Positions 9,515 through 19,729 of a DNA stretch of 64,000 nt are shown here, piece by piece. The stretch's first letter is position 1, and each line of letters begins with the position of its first letter. Source of the stretch: Candidatus Iainarchaeum sp. (GTDB lineage Archaea; Iainarchaeota; Iainarchaeia; Iainarchaeales; JAAZKV01). The notes beneath the pieces were generated by a model. It was given only the letters and a program-made list of their open reading frames with translations. It had not been told where the DNA came from and did not search any database. A program made the translations under genes and the position numbers. The stretch spans positions 57,231 through 121,230 of the forward strand of contig JAPLVR010000005.1 in assembly GCA_026397015.1 (NCBI GenBank). Direction: 5' to 3'.

Positions 9515-10426
9515 ATGGCTTTGTTGAGGGGAAGAAATTTTTCCGGAAGGGATTCTGTTCCGGTTTCCGGGTTGATTGTGCCGCTGCTTACCCCCATGAA
9601 CGAGGATTTTACCGTTGATTTGTTCGGGTTGAAGAATCACGTTTCAAAGCTGATGAACAGCGGAGTGAAAAATTTTTTGACCGCGAGCACGGTCGGCGAA
9701 TTCAAAAATATTTCTTTGAATGAAGAATTGGAAATAATTGAGAATGTTGTCTCAACGGTCGGTTCGAAAGGAATCGTTATTGCGGGCTGCTGTTCCGACA
9801 CAACTGAAAGCATAGTTGAAAGGGTTCAGGCGGCTGAGAGAGAGGGCGCCTATGCCTGCGCCGTTAATGTCCCCCTTACCGCCCTCACAAACGAGGTTTT
9901 TTTTATTGATTTTTTTGACGAACTTTTTACCCAGACGCATGCAAAAATTTTTCTTTACAACGATCCCTTTGTTTTCAGGCGCAACATTCCGATTCTCGGC
10001 CTCAACAAGCTCGTGAATTGGGAGCGCCTTCTCGGCGTAATAGATTTTTCAAACAGCCAGCCTTACTTCAGGGAGCTTTGCAATTTGCAGGGCATGAAAA
10101 TTTTTCAGGGCAATGACACCCTTTCCTTTGAGTCGCTGCGCGGGAATTGTTCCGGCCTGGCTTCTCCGATGTCAAACGTTCATCCGCAGCTTTTTCTCGG
10201 CATAGTTAAGGATTTCCGAAGCCTTGATATGGTGTCAATGATTCGCCAGCAGGGCGAAATAAATTCTCTCGCGGAAAATTATTTTCCCGCGCAGAAAAAA
10301 ATTCAGGCGTACAAGTATGCCCTTTCCCTGAAAGGGATAATGAAGGAATGCCACTCGAAAGGGCTCGAACCGCTGACCGTGAATGAAAAAGAAAAAATGG
10401 AAGAATATGTGAGGCAGTTCGCCTGA
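9515..10426 (+). CDS. DHDPS/NAL (DapA) family TIM-barrel protein, apparently lacking the Schiff-base Lys
   Basis: PLLTPM, STVGE, LYNDP; the G-x-K-D motif reads GVIDFS. Confidence 0.8.
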   Translation: MALLRGRNFSGRDSVPVSGLIVPLLTPMNEDFTVDLFGLKNHVSKLMNSGVKNFLTASTVGEFKNISLNEELEIIENVVSTVGSKGIVIAGCCSDTTESIVERVQAAEREGAYACAVNVPLTALTNEVFFIDFFDELFTQTHAKIFLYNDPFVFRRNIPILGLNKLVNWERLLGVIDFSNSQPYFRELCNLQGMKIFQGNDTLSFESLRGNCSGLASPMSNVHPQLFLGIVKDFRSLDMVSMIRQQGEINSLAENYFPAQKKIQAYKYALSLKGIMKECHSKGLEPLTVNEKEKMEEYVRQFA

Positions 10427-10583
10427 GGCAAATTTATTTGATAGAAATTCGCCCAAGGGAAATTTGGACGCCGAAATTTTGCCGACCGCATGATTCGATT
10501 AAATGTTCATAATTTTTTGTGCGGACGCAAACATTTAATACAACTTAATTCCTACTATTATTTGTTCTTATTGCAAGTGAAGT

Positions 10584-11858
10584 GTGGGTATGTACGAAAT
10601 AAAGGCTGTTGGCGCTAGGCAGATTTTTGATTCCCGCGGCAATCCGACCGTTGAGTGCGTTATAAAAACCGGTTTTGGCCGTTTCAAGGCTTCCGTTCCT
10701 TCCGGCGCCTCAACAGGAACAAGAGAAGCGGTTGAGTTGCGCGATGGCGGAAAAGAATTCAACGGTTTGGGTGTTTCCCGCGCTGTTCAAAATGTGAATG
10801 AAATTTTGAGTGTTGTTGTTAAGGGCAGGGATTGCAGGCGCCAAAAAGAAATAGACTCTCTTCTTGTGAAAGAGGATGGCACGCCAAACAAATCCAAGTT
10901 GGGCGCGAATGCGCTGCTTTCGGTTTCGCTCGCTGCCGCGAAAGCGGGCGCCGCCGCCGAGAATATGGAACTTTACGACTATATTTCGGAACTTTCTTCC
11001 CGCAATCCGCTGATGCCAGTTCCCGCCCTGAATATTATTAACGGCGGCAAGCACGCAGGAAACTCTCTTGACTTTCAGGAATATCAAGTCCTTCCCGTCG
11101 GCTTCAAATCTTTCAAGGAAGCCTTTTCCGCGGGCGTCGAAGTTTTCCACCAGCTTAAAAAAAATTTGGAAAAAAATTACGGAAGAAGCGCGATTAATGT
11201 GGGCGATGAGGGCGGCTTCGCTCCGCAGTTGAGAAAAGTGGAGGAGCCCATTGACGAGATTTTGAAAGCGGTTGAATCCGTCGGGTATGCGAAAGAAATG
11301 GTGATTGGTTTGGATGTCGCGGCATCCTCTTTTTTTATGGGCGGAAAATATTTGATTGAGAAAAAATCGCTCGGCATCGTTTCAATGCTCGAAGAATACG
11401 AAACCCTTTTGAAATACTATCCGATTGCTTCGATAGAAGACCCTTTTGCAGAAAGCGATTACCATGCTTGGGAAGAAATTGTGAAGAAGTTGGGGAAGCG
11501 TGTCCAGATTTTGGCGGATGACTTAACTGTTTCCCAGGAAGCATTGGTTGCCGAAGCAATTCGGCGCAACAGGGCGAATGCCCTTCTCCTGAAAGTTAAT
11601 CAGGTCGGAACTCTCACGGAGGCTTTGGAATCCGCCGCCCTTGCGCACAATTCAAATTGGAATGTCCAGGTTTCCCACAGGAGCGGCGAAACCAACGGCA
11701 CTTTCATTGCGGATTTGGCGGTTGGAATCGGCTGCGGCCAGATAAAGTCCGGTGCGCCGTGCAGGGGCGAGCGCCTGGCGAAATATAACCGTTTGCTTGA
11801 AATCGAGGAATCTTCCGGCGCCCTCTTCGCCGGCAGGAAAGCGTTCAAACCGAAATAA
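10584..11858 (+). CDS. eno: Enolase
   Basis: DSRGNPTVE, PSGASTG, GDEGG, IEDP, LLKVNQ, SHRSGET. Confidence 0.97.
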   Translation: MGMYEIKAVGARQIFDSRGNPTVECVIKTGFGRFKASVPSGASTGTREAVELRDGGKEFNGLGVSRAVQNVNEILSVVVKGRDCRRQKEIDSLLVKEDGTPNKSKLGANALLSVSLAAAKAGAAAENMELYDYISELSSRNPLMPVPALNIINGGKHAGNSLDFQEYQVLPVGFKSFKEAFSAGVEVFHQLKKNLEKNYGRSAINVGDEGGFAPQLRKVEEPIDEILKAVESVGYAKEMVIGLDVAASSFFMGGKYLIEKKSLGIVSMLEEYETLLKYYPIASIEDPFAESDYHAWEEIVKKLGKRVQILADDLTVSQEALVAEAIRRNRANALLLKVNQVGTLTEALESAALAHNSNWNVQVSHRSGETNGTFIADLAVGIGCGQIKSGAPCRGERLAKYNRLLEIEESSGALFAGRKAFKPK

Positions 11859-11970
11859 TTAAAAATTCTCAAGCTGAAGTAATTGATTTATTAATTTAAA
11901 GTACTTAATTTGTCGGGCCAGAATAAAAGGGTTATTTTGTGAAAAGTTTTTTTGTAAAGGAGTTTTTTTT

Positions 11971-12342
11971 ATGACAAATATTAAAGCCAGAACATCAAAG
12001 TTATTTTATGTGAAAAAAAGCTATCTTGGAATAATGCTCGGAATCGTGGCAGGAATCATTGATGTAATTCTAATGCTTGTTCAAGGTCTTACCTGGAATG
12101 CAAATCTTTCCGCGTTTTCCCTTTGGGTTGTTTCCGGTTTTTTGATTGCAACCTCTGACATTGAATTTAAGGATTTTAAGATTAGGGGCGGTGCAAAGGG
12201 GGTGCTTATTTCATTCCTGGTTTTGTTGCCATCCGCAATCCTTATCGGCTGGAAAGAACCCTTTTCTCTTATCCCAATTTTTGTGATGACCTTAATTTTA
12301 GGTGCCTTGTCGGGTTTTATTATTGACAAATACGGCAAATAA
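11971..12342 (+). CDS. Small 4-TM membrane protein
   Basis: Four hydrophobic helices. Confidence 0.65.
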   Translation: MTNIKARTSKLFYVKKSYLGIMLGIVAGIIDVILMLVQGLTWNANLSAFSLWVVSGFLIATSDIEFKDFKIRGGAKGVLISFLVLLPSAILIGWKEPFSLIPIFVMTLILGALSGFIIDKYGK

Positions 12343-12592
12343 AACTGCCAATTTTTTTGATTTTCTTTGTAAGAATGGCAGGAATTAAATTAGTGGAAGT
12401 TATTTAATCACCAAAGTTTATTTGTCTAAAGTGCTGGTGACGTTTGACGAAAAGAAGCTCTTAATTTTGCTGTTTTTAAGCCATTTGGGGCGCAAATACG
12501 CGCTTTTTTTCGTCGATTGCCTTTTTTCAGTTTGACGGTAATGCTTATATATGGCTTTGCTCCTTCTGCTTTCAAAGGGAGGGGTTGTAACT

Positions 12593-12967
12593 ATGGCCTC
12601 ACAGAAAATTGGAAACTATGCTTTCCTGATAGGTATCGTCATCGCTTTGGTGATGGGTATCGCAGGTGGCTTAGGATTGCTTCAAAGCGTTGGAGCATAC
12701 GTTCCATTAGTAATGGTAGTCCTAGGTTTGATAATAGGGCTAATGAATATACACGACAAGCATATCTCCGACTTCCTGATAGCAACTGTTGCTATCATAA
12801 TGGTTGGAAGCACGGCTGCAGGCTTGCTCACACTCAACGAAGTGGTTACTCCACTTGGAACCATCTGCCAAATGATAGTTGGTTACATCGTTGCGTTAGC
12901 GGCTCCGGCAGCACTGGTAGTTGGCTTAAAGCAGATCTTCAATTTAGCCAAAGATCAGGTTGCTTAA
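12593..12967 (+). CDS. Small 4-TM membrane protein
   Basis: GGAGG RBS upstream; four hydrophobic helices. Confidence 0.75.
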   Translation: MASQKIGNYAFLIGIVIALVMGIAGGLGLLQSVGAYVPLVMVVLGLIIGLMNIHDKHISDFLIATVAIIMVGSTAAGLLTLNEVVTPLGTICQMIVGYIVALAAPAALVVGLKQIFNLAKDQVA

Positions 12968-12980
12968 ATCAGTAAATAAT

Positions 12981-13060
12981 AAGGTTATAGGCGCGCAAGG
13001 GCCTCTTCGGATTCCTGCCGCCTCACCTTTCTTTTTTTATTTTCTTTATTTCTTTCTCTT
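12981..13060 (+). terminator. Hairpin followed by a long T-tract
   Basis: aaggt..aggcg...cgcct.acctt followed by a long pyrimidine run. Confidence 0.45.
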
Positions 13061-13062
13061 CC

Positions 13063-14109
13063 ATGCCCAGGTGCCTAAAGTCAAGAAAATACCATTCTTT
13101 TGCCGAAATTTCCCCTCCGAGTAAAGGTTCCAAATCCTTTTCATTTGATTCCTACCCGATTCAAGAATTGCTTAAAACCATCCAAATCCTCGCTTTCGGA
13201 AAGGACTTCCAAGCCTTCTCCGTAACGGTTTCCTGGCCAAAAAAAGTCTCTCTAACTGATGCTGCCATTGCTCACCTAAGGCGCACCGTTCAGTGTGGAC
13301 TTGTGAAGGAAGCAGAGCAAAAACTGGGCAAAAAGGCTGATTTTCGCTCATTTGAGGCTGAATTTTTGATAGATTTCAACAAAAATAGGGCATTTTTGCG
13401 CCTCTCTCCCCTATATATTGAAGGGAAATACCTCAAGTTTTCCCGTAAAATCGCCAACACTTCCAAGCCCGGTTTCGAAAGCGTCGAATCCCTTCTCTCC
13501 TCCATCATTCTTCCCGCTTTCAAATCCCAGTTTGGCATCCTCCACGGCGCCGGCAGGGAGGATATTGATGTGCTTATGCTCGGTTCCGGCCGCCCTTTTA
13601 TTATTGAGCTTCTTCAACCCGAAATTAGAAATGGAAATTTGAAAAAATTGGAAAAATTGGAGAAAGAAATTAACTCGAAATTCGAAGGAAAAATTGCAGT
13701 AAATTCTCTAAAATTCGTTTCAAAATCAGAGGTCGCGCTTCTCAAAAACACCCAGCACGAAAAAATTTATTCCGCACTCGTTTCCTGCTCCCAAAAGCCC
13801 GACCTAAAAAAACTTGAAATTCTGCTTAATAAAAAAATTGAAATTTCTCAGCGCACCCCGCTTCGCGTTTCAAAGAGGAGAAGCGATTTGGTGCGAAAGA
13901 AAGAAGTCGAGCTGTTGGAAATCAAAAAAATTGGCGATAAAAAAAATGATAAGAAAAATTTTAATTTTAAACTAAAATTGAAAACTTCACACGGCACGTA
14001 TGTAAAGGAATTTATTTCGGGCGACGGCGGCCGCACAAGTCCGAGTGTTTCTTCTATTCTTGATTCGAAGTGCGCATGCGCGCAGTTGGATGTACTTGAA
14101 ATTTTGTAA
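13063..14109 (+). CDS. pus10: tRNA pseudouridine(54/55) synthase Pus10
   Basis: GKYLKFSR, HGAGREDIDV.MLG.GRPF, QRTP.RV..RR, GTYVKEFISGDGGRT.PS. Confidence 0.92.
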   Translation: MPRCLKSRKYHSFAEISPPSKGSKSFSFDSYPIQELLKTIQILAFGKDFQAFSVTVSWPKKVSLTDAAIAHLRRTVQCGLVKEAEQKLGKKADFRSFEAEFLIDFNKNRAFLRLSPLYIEGKYLKFSRKIANTSKPGFESVESLLSSIILPAFKSQFGILHGAGREDIDVLMLGSGRPFIIELLQPEIRNGNLKKLEKLEKEINSKFEGKIAVNSLKFVSKSEVALLKNTQHEKIYSALVSCSQKPDLKKLEILLNKKIEISQRTPLRVSKRRSDLVRKKEVELLEIKKIGDKKNDKKNFNFKLKLKTSHGTYVKEFISGDGGRTSPSVSSILDSKCACAQLDVLEIL

Positions 14110-14231
14110 TATTAGTAAAAATTTAGGGGTTTCAAAATTCAAAAAAATTCCCAATATATATATACCAGTTATTGCAACCATATTAATGTAAATGAAAGCA
14201 TTTTTTTGCTTTCAAAAAAGGAGGACTTAAA

Positions 14232-14429
14232 TTGAACAAAATTTTGATTTTGCTGGTTGTTGCGGTTCTTGCTTTCACAATGATTTTCGGCTGTACAGGC
14301 ACTGGAGCAAACACAGACAACAACACGGCAAATAATGGGGGAACAACTCCGACAGGAAACAATTCAAGCAATCCGGTTAATGGTGCAGGCACTGGGGAAA
14401 TTCCGACGCCGCCAGCTTTGCCGGAGTAA
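14232..14429 (+). CDS. Small putative lipoprotein ending in PPALPE
   Basis: GGAGG RBS, signal peptide with FGC lipobox, N/T/G-rich linker. Confidence 0.7.
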   Translation: MNKILILLVVAVLAFTMIFGCTGTGANTDNNTANNGGTTPTGNNSSNPVNGAGTGEIPTPPALPE

Positions 14430-14442
14430 GGGGGAATGAAGA

Positions 14443-15744
14443 ATGATGAAAAAAATTATTTTTGGGTTATTAGTATTGATGTTGGCAAATATGGTTTTTG
14501 CCGCAGAGTATATGGTTACAGTAAAGGGAAGGCTTGTTACCCTCACAGGGGAGACGGACATTCCATATGGTCTTAGTGCAAGTGTGAACGGGGTTAATCA
14601 GTACCCTGAATCAGGAACGAATTTGAATGAGGACAGGTCGTTTGAGTTCAAGGATATTTCATTTAAAGATGGCGATAATTTTACAATTTATCTGATGAGC
14701 AGTTGTTCATACCATCTTTTCAAAATAGAAAATCAAAACGGGGAGTTTGTTGTTAGTGATATTGAGGATTCTCCGAAAGAAGTAAAAAGAACAAGTTCTT
14801 CAACGATTGATTTGGGGAACCTTGTTGAAGATAAGTCTGGAAGAATACAATTCAATTCAGACGTAGTGGCTTCGGTTTATTTGCCTGCTGCCGGTGGAAC
14901 TTCGGCAGGATATACTGGGTACCTGTCTAATGCCTTAATACCTGGGAAAAGTTATGAAGCTGAAATTTATGATGATGCAGGAAATTTAATTATTACAAAA
15001 ACTATTATGAGCAGCCCAGATTATTGTAAAACAACACTTTTAACAAAAAGTGGCAATGACATAACAGTGAGTTATTGTGATAATGATCAATGCGGCACAT
15101 CATCTTCAGAATACTTTGATGTTTTAATAAAAAAGGGCTGGAATCTTCTAAATATGCAAAGACTTGATTTTAGTCAAACAAACAGTTGTTCAGCAAGTAT
15201 TTTGGGAATGGCTTTGTACGCAAAAAGCCTTCCAGGGTATGTAATAATCAATACTCCAGAAGGACTTACTTACACTAGTGGAACTGTGTACAGGTATACG
15301 CCTGCCAATGGGGCGGAAATAATTCAAAAAGAATTTGCTTTAGACACATACTCTGCAAAGTCTCCGGGAGCTTGGTTATATTCAAATGCAGACTGTACTG
15401 TAAAAGCAAGAAAAATAAAGGCTCCTGAAATATCGGTTTCTGACTTGTCTAAGTATGAACTGACTACTGGCTGGAATCTAATTGGGGTAGACAGGTGGAT
15501 GATTGGAAAGAATTTGCGGATAATATTTTCCAAGTGCGATTTGAAAGCGGTAAATGTTTGGAATGAAAATACTCAAAATTGGATTTCTCCCTCAAGCACT
15601 GTCGCGGTGAATGATCCGGCTATGATGGACTCAACATTATATGAAAGCGCACTTAACAGGGTGATTGTTGCAAAGGTTGCGGCGGGTTGCTACTTGACTG
15701 ATTTTATTGAGAATTCTATAAGCCCGCCGGCATTGCCTCAATAA
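14443..15744 (+). CDS. Secreted protein with GWNL motifs ending in PPALPQ
   Basis: Signal peptide (VFA), KKGWNLL and TTGWNLIG, no TM anchor. Confidence 0.75.
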   Translation: MMKKIIFGLLVLMLANMVFAAEYMVTVKGRLVTLTGETDIPYGLSASVNGVNQYPESGTNLNEDRSFEFKDISFKDGDNFTIYLMSSCSYHLFKIENQNGEFVVSDIEDSPKEVKRTSSSTIDLGNLVEDKSGRIQFNSDVVASVYLPAAGGTSAGYTGYLSNALIPGKSYEAEIYDDAGNLIITKTIMSSPDYCKTTLLTKSGNDITVSYCDNDQCGTSSSEYFDVLIKKGWNLLNMQRLDFSQTNSCSASILGMALYAKSLPGYVIINTPEGLTYTSGTVYRYTPANGAEIIQKEFALDTYSAKSPGAWLYSNADCTVKARKIKAPEISVSDLSKYELTTGWNLIGVDRWMIGKNLRIIFSKCDLKAVNVWNENTQNWISPSSTVAVNDPAMMDSTLYESALNRVIVAKVAAGCYLTDFIENSISPPALPQ

Positions 15745-15752
15745 TTAATCAG

Positions 15753-15790
15753 AAGCGTCCCTTTTGGGGCGCTTTTTTCTTTTTTTATTT
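15753..15790 (+). terminator. Stem-loop plus T-tract
   Basis: aagcgtccc-tttt-ggggcgctt followed by poly-T. Confidence 0.6.
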
Positions 15791-15872
15791 TTAACTTTTT
15801 TCATGAAAAATAGGTTTAAATATTTTGTCATACAAGCGTATTACAGCAAAAAGTTTTGTTTCGGGTGTTTTG

Positions 15873-16118
15873 ATGGAAACGGTTATTGTTCAGGCGAGGC
15901 TTCCGAATGGTTTGGTAAAGCAGGTTGACAGTTTGGTTTCGGGCGGGCACTACTTAAACAAATCCGAAGCGGTAAGGGACGCTTTGAGAAAATTGGTTCT
16001 CGAAAAACAGGTCGGCTCCATTCCCAATACTGGAAATTCGGTAAAAGAAGTCAGGGAAATGCGGAAAAAGCTTTCAAAAAAGAAAATTTCTTTGAAAGAA
16101 TTGAATTCGTTGTATTAG
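15873..16118 (+). CDS. Ribbon-helix-helix (CopG/Arc/MetJ) protein
   Basis: VQARLP...VDSLV..G.Y.NKSEAVRDALR. Confidence 0.85.
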   Translation: METVIVQARLPNGLVKQVDSLVSGGHYLNKSEAVRDALRKLVLEKQVGSIPNTGNSVKEVREMRKKLSKKKISLKELNSLY

Positions 16119-16879
16119 CAGTTGTATTCATGTATCTTCCTCTGGCTTTTCCCTATCCCCTTTATTTTGCTTTTCTCCCTTTCCGAATCTATTTCAAAAT
16201 CGTAATGAAAATATTCGAGTTTGTAATTGTGCAATAATTCAAGCGCATTTTTTCTTATCGTCGGCGCCAAAAGGATTCCGCGTGTTTCCTTTCCCTTTAT
16301 TTTCTTCACCTGTTCCATATACCGCTTCAATTGCGTCACGGCGCCATAATCCGCCTCGCGCCGCTTCAGCTCAATTACCACGAGCCTTCCTTCCGCATCC
16401 TCCGCAATGATGTCGCAAATCCCCTTCCTGAATACCTCTTGCTGATTTACAGGTTTCAATCCGGGTTCCAGGAAGGAAAGGTCGTCCATCAGCGCGTCAT
16501 TTAATTCCTTCTCCGAGCCGCTCAGCCTCAAATCGTTGCTTTGCGGCAAATCGTAATTTTGAACATCTTCAATTGAGTAAAAGAAAGCGTTCAGCCTTTC
16601 CTTCGGTTTGAGTTTTGTCGCACCGAGAACCAGAATATTTTTTTCCGCATCGGCTTCGCAGGAGATTTTCGCGTTCATCATATAATTCGTCGGCCTTATG
16701 AGCCTGTTTTCGTGGATTGAAACCGAATCATCTGATTTAATTAGCACAAGCCTTTTTCCGCGTGGCAGTTTTGATGATGCCCTTCCTTTATATTCGACGT
16801 AGCATTCTCCAACAATAGTACAGAGATGCTTGTTTCTCAGCGAATCAGAAATTTTTTTCTGCGCTTCTTCGAGTTCCAC
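16115..16879 (-). CDS. nucS: Mismatch endonuclease NucS/EndoMS
   Basis: Y.GRA.S.L..G.RLVLIKSD, P.NY, DII..D...VVIELKR, QLKRY. Confidence 0.92.
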   Translation of the reverse strand: MELEEAQKKISDSLRNKHLCTIVGECYVEYKGRASSKLPRGKRLVLIKSDDSVSIHENRLIRPTNYMMNAKISCEADAEKNILVLGATKLKPKERLNAFFYSIEDVQNYDLPQSNDLRLSGSEKELNDALMDDLSFLEPGLKPVNQQEVFRKGICDIIAEDAEGRLVVIELKRREADYGAVTQLKRYMEQVKKIKGKETRGILLAPTIRKNALELLHNYKLEYFHYDFEIDSEREKSKIKGIGKSQRKIHEYNC

Positions 16880-16941
16880 AAAATCAACTTCTTTTTCGGA
16901 TAATTAACTTTAAAGTTTGATTTGTGAAGTTGGGAATTTTT

Positions 16942-17895
16942 TCACTTTCTTTTTATCCTTTTGAATCCGGAGCATTCAATTAGGTTTAGCTTTGCCTTTT
17001 TTTCAACCTTGTCAAGCAGAAGGTTCATTCCCAAATTGTCTGATGGGATGTGCCCGGCTATTACTATATTCATGTGATTTTTTTCAGCTTCTTTTTTCAT
17101 TTCTTTACCAACGTGCATCGCAACAACTGTTCCTATTCCTTTTTCCGCCAGTTTCTTGTATGCGTCCTGGTGGCTTTCCGTTCCGCCAGTAACGTCCACG
17201 TAAATTTTTCCGCATAAGCTTTCCTCGCTTCCGACAAAAATTAACGGCCCGATTTTTTGCTTCATTCCTTCCTTGTATTCCGGAACCTCCTTCAGCGCCT
17301 TTATTATTTCTCCCAGCGTTTCCGGTTTCTTTTTTTCCAGAAGCCTTGTCAGGTATTCCTGTACATGGTTGTCCGCGGGTGTGTGCGTGTTGAAGTAAGG
17401 TATTCCAAGCAATTTTGTCGCCTGCTCTATCCTTTCCGCGTTAAGCGCCGAAAGGTTCTCGCCCACTTCCTTAATCCTTTCCCTCATTATGGCTTCCGCC
17501 TGATTTACGGGAACGCCCGCCATTGTGAGCGTGTCAATCTGCAGGTGCATTACCTCGTCCAGCCCCATTAACGCCCTTCCTTCCGGATGGTGCGCCCAAA
17601 TAACATCAATTTTTTTTCCCTGTTTGTTCAGTTCGTTCGCAAGAAGTATTTCCCCTTCCTCCATATCAATTCCAATAAGGGCCGTTTTCACTTCTTTTTC
17701 GGTGTCGTAAAGTATCCTTGAATCATCGTACGGGTTCCATAGTGTTTCCTTGTCGAAGTATCCCTTGTCCTCTTTCTCCATTTTTTCAAAAGCTTTCTTT
17801 CTTTTCTCAAGCATCTGTTTTATTTTTTTCTCCCCTCGCGGGTCCGCGTTTATGCCCTCTTTTACGCATAATTCAAAAATTTGCTTTACTTTCAT
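16942..17895 (-). CDS. NIF3-like dinuclear metal-centre protein
   Basis: GID, AHHPEG, HTPADN, MH, AGH..SDNLG. Confidence 0.85.
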   Translation of the reverse strand: MKVKQIFELCVKEGINADPRGEKKIKQMLEKRKKAFEKMEKEDKGYFDKETLWNPYDDSRILYDTEKEVKTALIGIDMEEGEILLANELNKQGKKIDVIWAHHPEGRALMGLDEVMHLQIDTLTMAGVPVNQAEAIMRERIKEVGENLSALNAERIEQATKLLGIPYFNTHTPADNHVQEYLTRLLEKKKPETLGEIIKALKEVPEYKEGMKQKIGPLIFVGSEESLCGKIYVDVTGGTESHQDAYKKLAEKGIGTVVAMHVGKEMKKEAEKNHMNIVIAGHIPSDNLGMNLLLDKVEKKAKLNLIECSGFKRIKRK

Positions 17896-18012
17896 TTTCC
17901 CACCTTTCCTTCCGCTGCCAATCCAGTTAATAAGAAAGTGGCAGCGAAACCCTATAAAAAGTATCTATTTCGCTGCGTTCTTGGATTAAAATTTTTATTA
18001 GGTTAAAATTTT

Positions 18013-18180
18013 TTATTCTTCCCTTTTCAGCATCGGCAGCCCGGTTGTCTGATTTTCAATTACCTTGTATCCTGCCGGAAGTTCTATTCCGTCTTCACTT
18101 TTTGAGGAAAAGAAAAACAGCCTTCCTCTTGAATGCAAATAATATTTTTTTCCCCTTGAATTTGTGTGTTCATAACCCAT
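18013..18180 (-). CDS. 55-aa small protein (not in ORF track)
   Basis: GGTGA RBS; MGYEHTNSRGKKYYLHSRGRLFFFSSKSEDGIELPAGYKVIENQTTGLPMLKREE*. Confidence 0.75.
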   Translation of the reverse strand: MGYEHTNSRGKKYYLHSRGRLFFFSSKSEDGIELPAGYKVIENQTTGLPMLKREE

Positions 18181-18291
18181 TATTATCACCCGAATAGATT
18201 AGTTTGTCCGCCTTTAAAATCCTTTTGTTCCTACTAATATTTTTAAGTCCTTTGGTTTTGTTCGGGCAATTTTTTGGGCGGGGGTGTTTTG

Positions 18292-19371
18292 ATGGAAATT
18301 CTTTCAAAGTTGAAGAAAAAAACAACCGTGCAAATCAGAAACGAAATTATTCGTTTCCTCAACCTGGAAATGCCACAGCGCATTGCAATAATTTCCGACA
18401 GCGACGAGGACGGCATTACCTCCGCCGTTCAAATGAAAAAGTTCCTCGATTCACAAAAGCACATTTCAGAGGTTTTCTTTTATGACCATTATGCTGATTG
18501 GAATTCGGGCGTCGCAGATGAACTCTCCGCTTTCTCTCCCCAAAAAACAATTTTTTTGGATTTGGCGGATGATGTTGTTTCAGGCATACTTGCGGGCGCC
18601 GGCTCTTACACCGGAAAATTTGTTACTCTCGACCATCATCAGCGCAGGCAGATAAAAAATAATAAATTTGATTTTATTTTCTTCAAGCCGGATGATTTTT
18701 CCGAGGTTGAAACTTCTAAGTATTCAACTTCAAAAATTGTCCACGATTTATTTGGAGGAGTTGATTGGATTTGTGCGATTGGCGTAATAGGGGATTATGC
18801 TTTTGTTCAATGGAAGGATTTTTTGGAAAAGATTCAGAAAAAATATTCCCTTTCTTTTGAAGACCTTTCGAATTTGGCGGGGTTTGTTGCAGCCACAGAA
18901 CTAATGCATACAAAAAGAAAGCCTGAGCTTTTTTCCCTGCTTTGCAACGCCAACTCTCCAAAAGAAATTTTTGATTCCGAAATGTTCAATATTAAAAAAG
19001 AATATGACGGCGAAATGAAGAAATTGATGCGCAGGTATAAAGAGGATTCCGTGTCCTTTGTTTCGCTCGACCTTGTTTTTTTCGAGGCAGACAAACGCCT
19101 TTCCAGCAAATTCATAAATATTCTTTCGGGCGCAGACCCCCACACCACTTTTGTAATCTATGAAAAACCCGATGTAGAATATAAGGCTTCTTTCCGTCGC
19201 GGCGATTTTAAGGTTAATTGTGCCGAGCTTGCGCGCTTTTCGGTTTCAGAGTCAAGGAATGGGCGGGGCGGCGGCCACATTCCAGCCGCTGGCGCAACTT
19301 TTTCCCCAGATTATTTGGAGGAGTTCAAGGGAAGGGTGAAGCAGTTTTTGCGCGAGAATTATAAAAAATGA
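18292..19371 (+). CDS. DHH family phosphoesterase (RecJ-like)
   Basis: DSDEDG, LDL, DHH, GGGHIPAAG. Confidence 0.9.
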   Translation: MEILSKLKKKTTVQIRNEIIRFLNLEMPQRIAIISDSDEDGITSAVQMKKFLDSQKHISEVFFYDHYADWNSGVADELSAFSPQKTIFLDLADDVVSGILAGAGSYTGKFVTLDHHQRRQIKNNKFDFIFFKPDDFSEVETSKYSTSKIVHDLFGGVDWICAIGVIGDYAFVQWKDFLEKIQKKYSLSFEDLSNLAGFVAATELMHTKRKPELFSLLCNANSPKEIFDSEMFNIKKEYDGEMKKLMRRYKEDSVSFVSLDLVFFEADKRLSSKFINILSGADPHTTFVIYEKPDVEYKASFRRGDFKVNCAELARFSVSESRNGRGGGHIPAAGATFSPDYLEEFKGRVKQFLRENYKK

Positions 19372-19413
19372 TATTGACTAAGTTCTTTGCAGATATTTTT
19401 TTGGAGGGATTTT

Positions 19414-19722
19414 ATGGGAAGAAAAAAGGTTTTGAAAAAAGTTGATGAAAATGATGAGCCGATAGTTGATTCGGCCGAGAGCAAATCAGAAAGCAAAGAG
19501 CTTTCGGACGATATTTATGATGAAAAGCAGTCGGAAGCGCAACTCGAAGAAGACGAAATAAGCCCTGAAGAAGCAGGCTTTATGGAGGGCTATGAAAGTC
19601 CAAACATGATTCACTGCAAAAAGTGCAAGAAAAAATTGAAAGCAGTTGACTTGGAACACTGCAAAGAAGTTGTTGAGGGCGGCGAAACCGTTTGGCTCTG
19701 CAGCGAGTGTTGTGAAAATTAG
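19414..19722 (+). CDS. Acidic protein with C-terminal Zn finger
   Basis: D/E-rich region, EEAGFMEGY, CxxC...CxxC. Confidence 0.7.
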   Translation: MGRKKVLKKVDENDEPIVDSAESKSESKELSDDIYDEKQSEAQLEEDEISPEEAGFMEGYESPNMIHCKKCKKKLKAVDLEHCKEVVEGGETVWLCSECCEN

Positions 19723-19729
19723 CGGTCTT

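Noticed and set aside
15873-16118. Toxin-antitoxin pair
   Set aside because: The RHH gene has no co-oriented toxin gene; the next gene is convergent nucS
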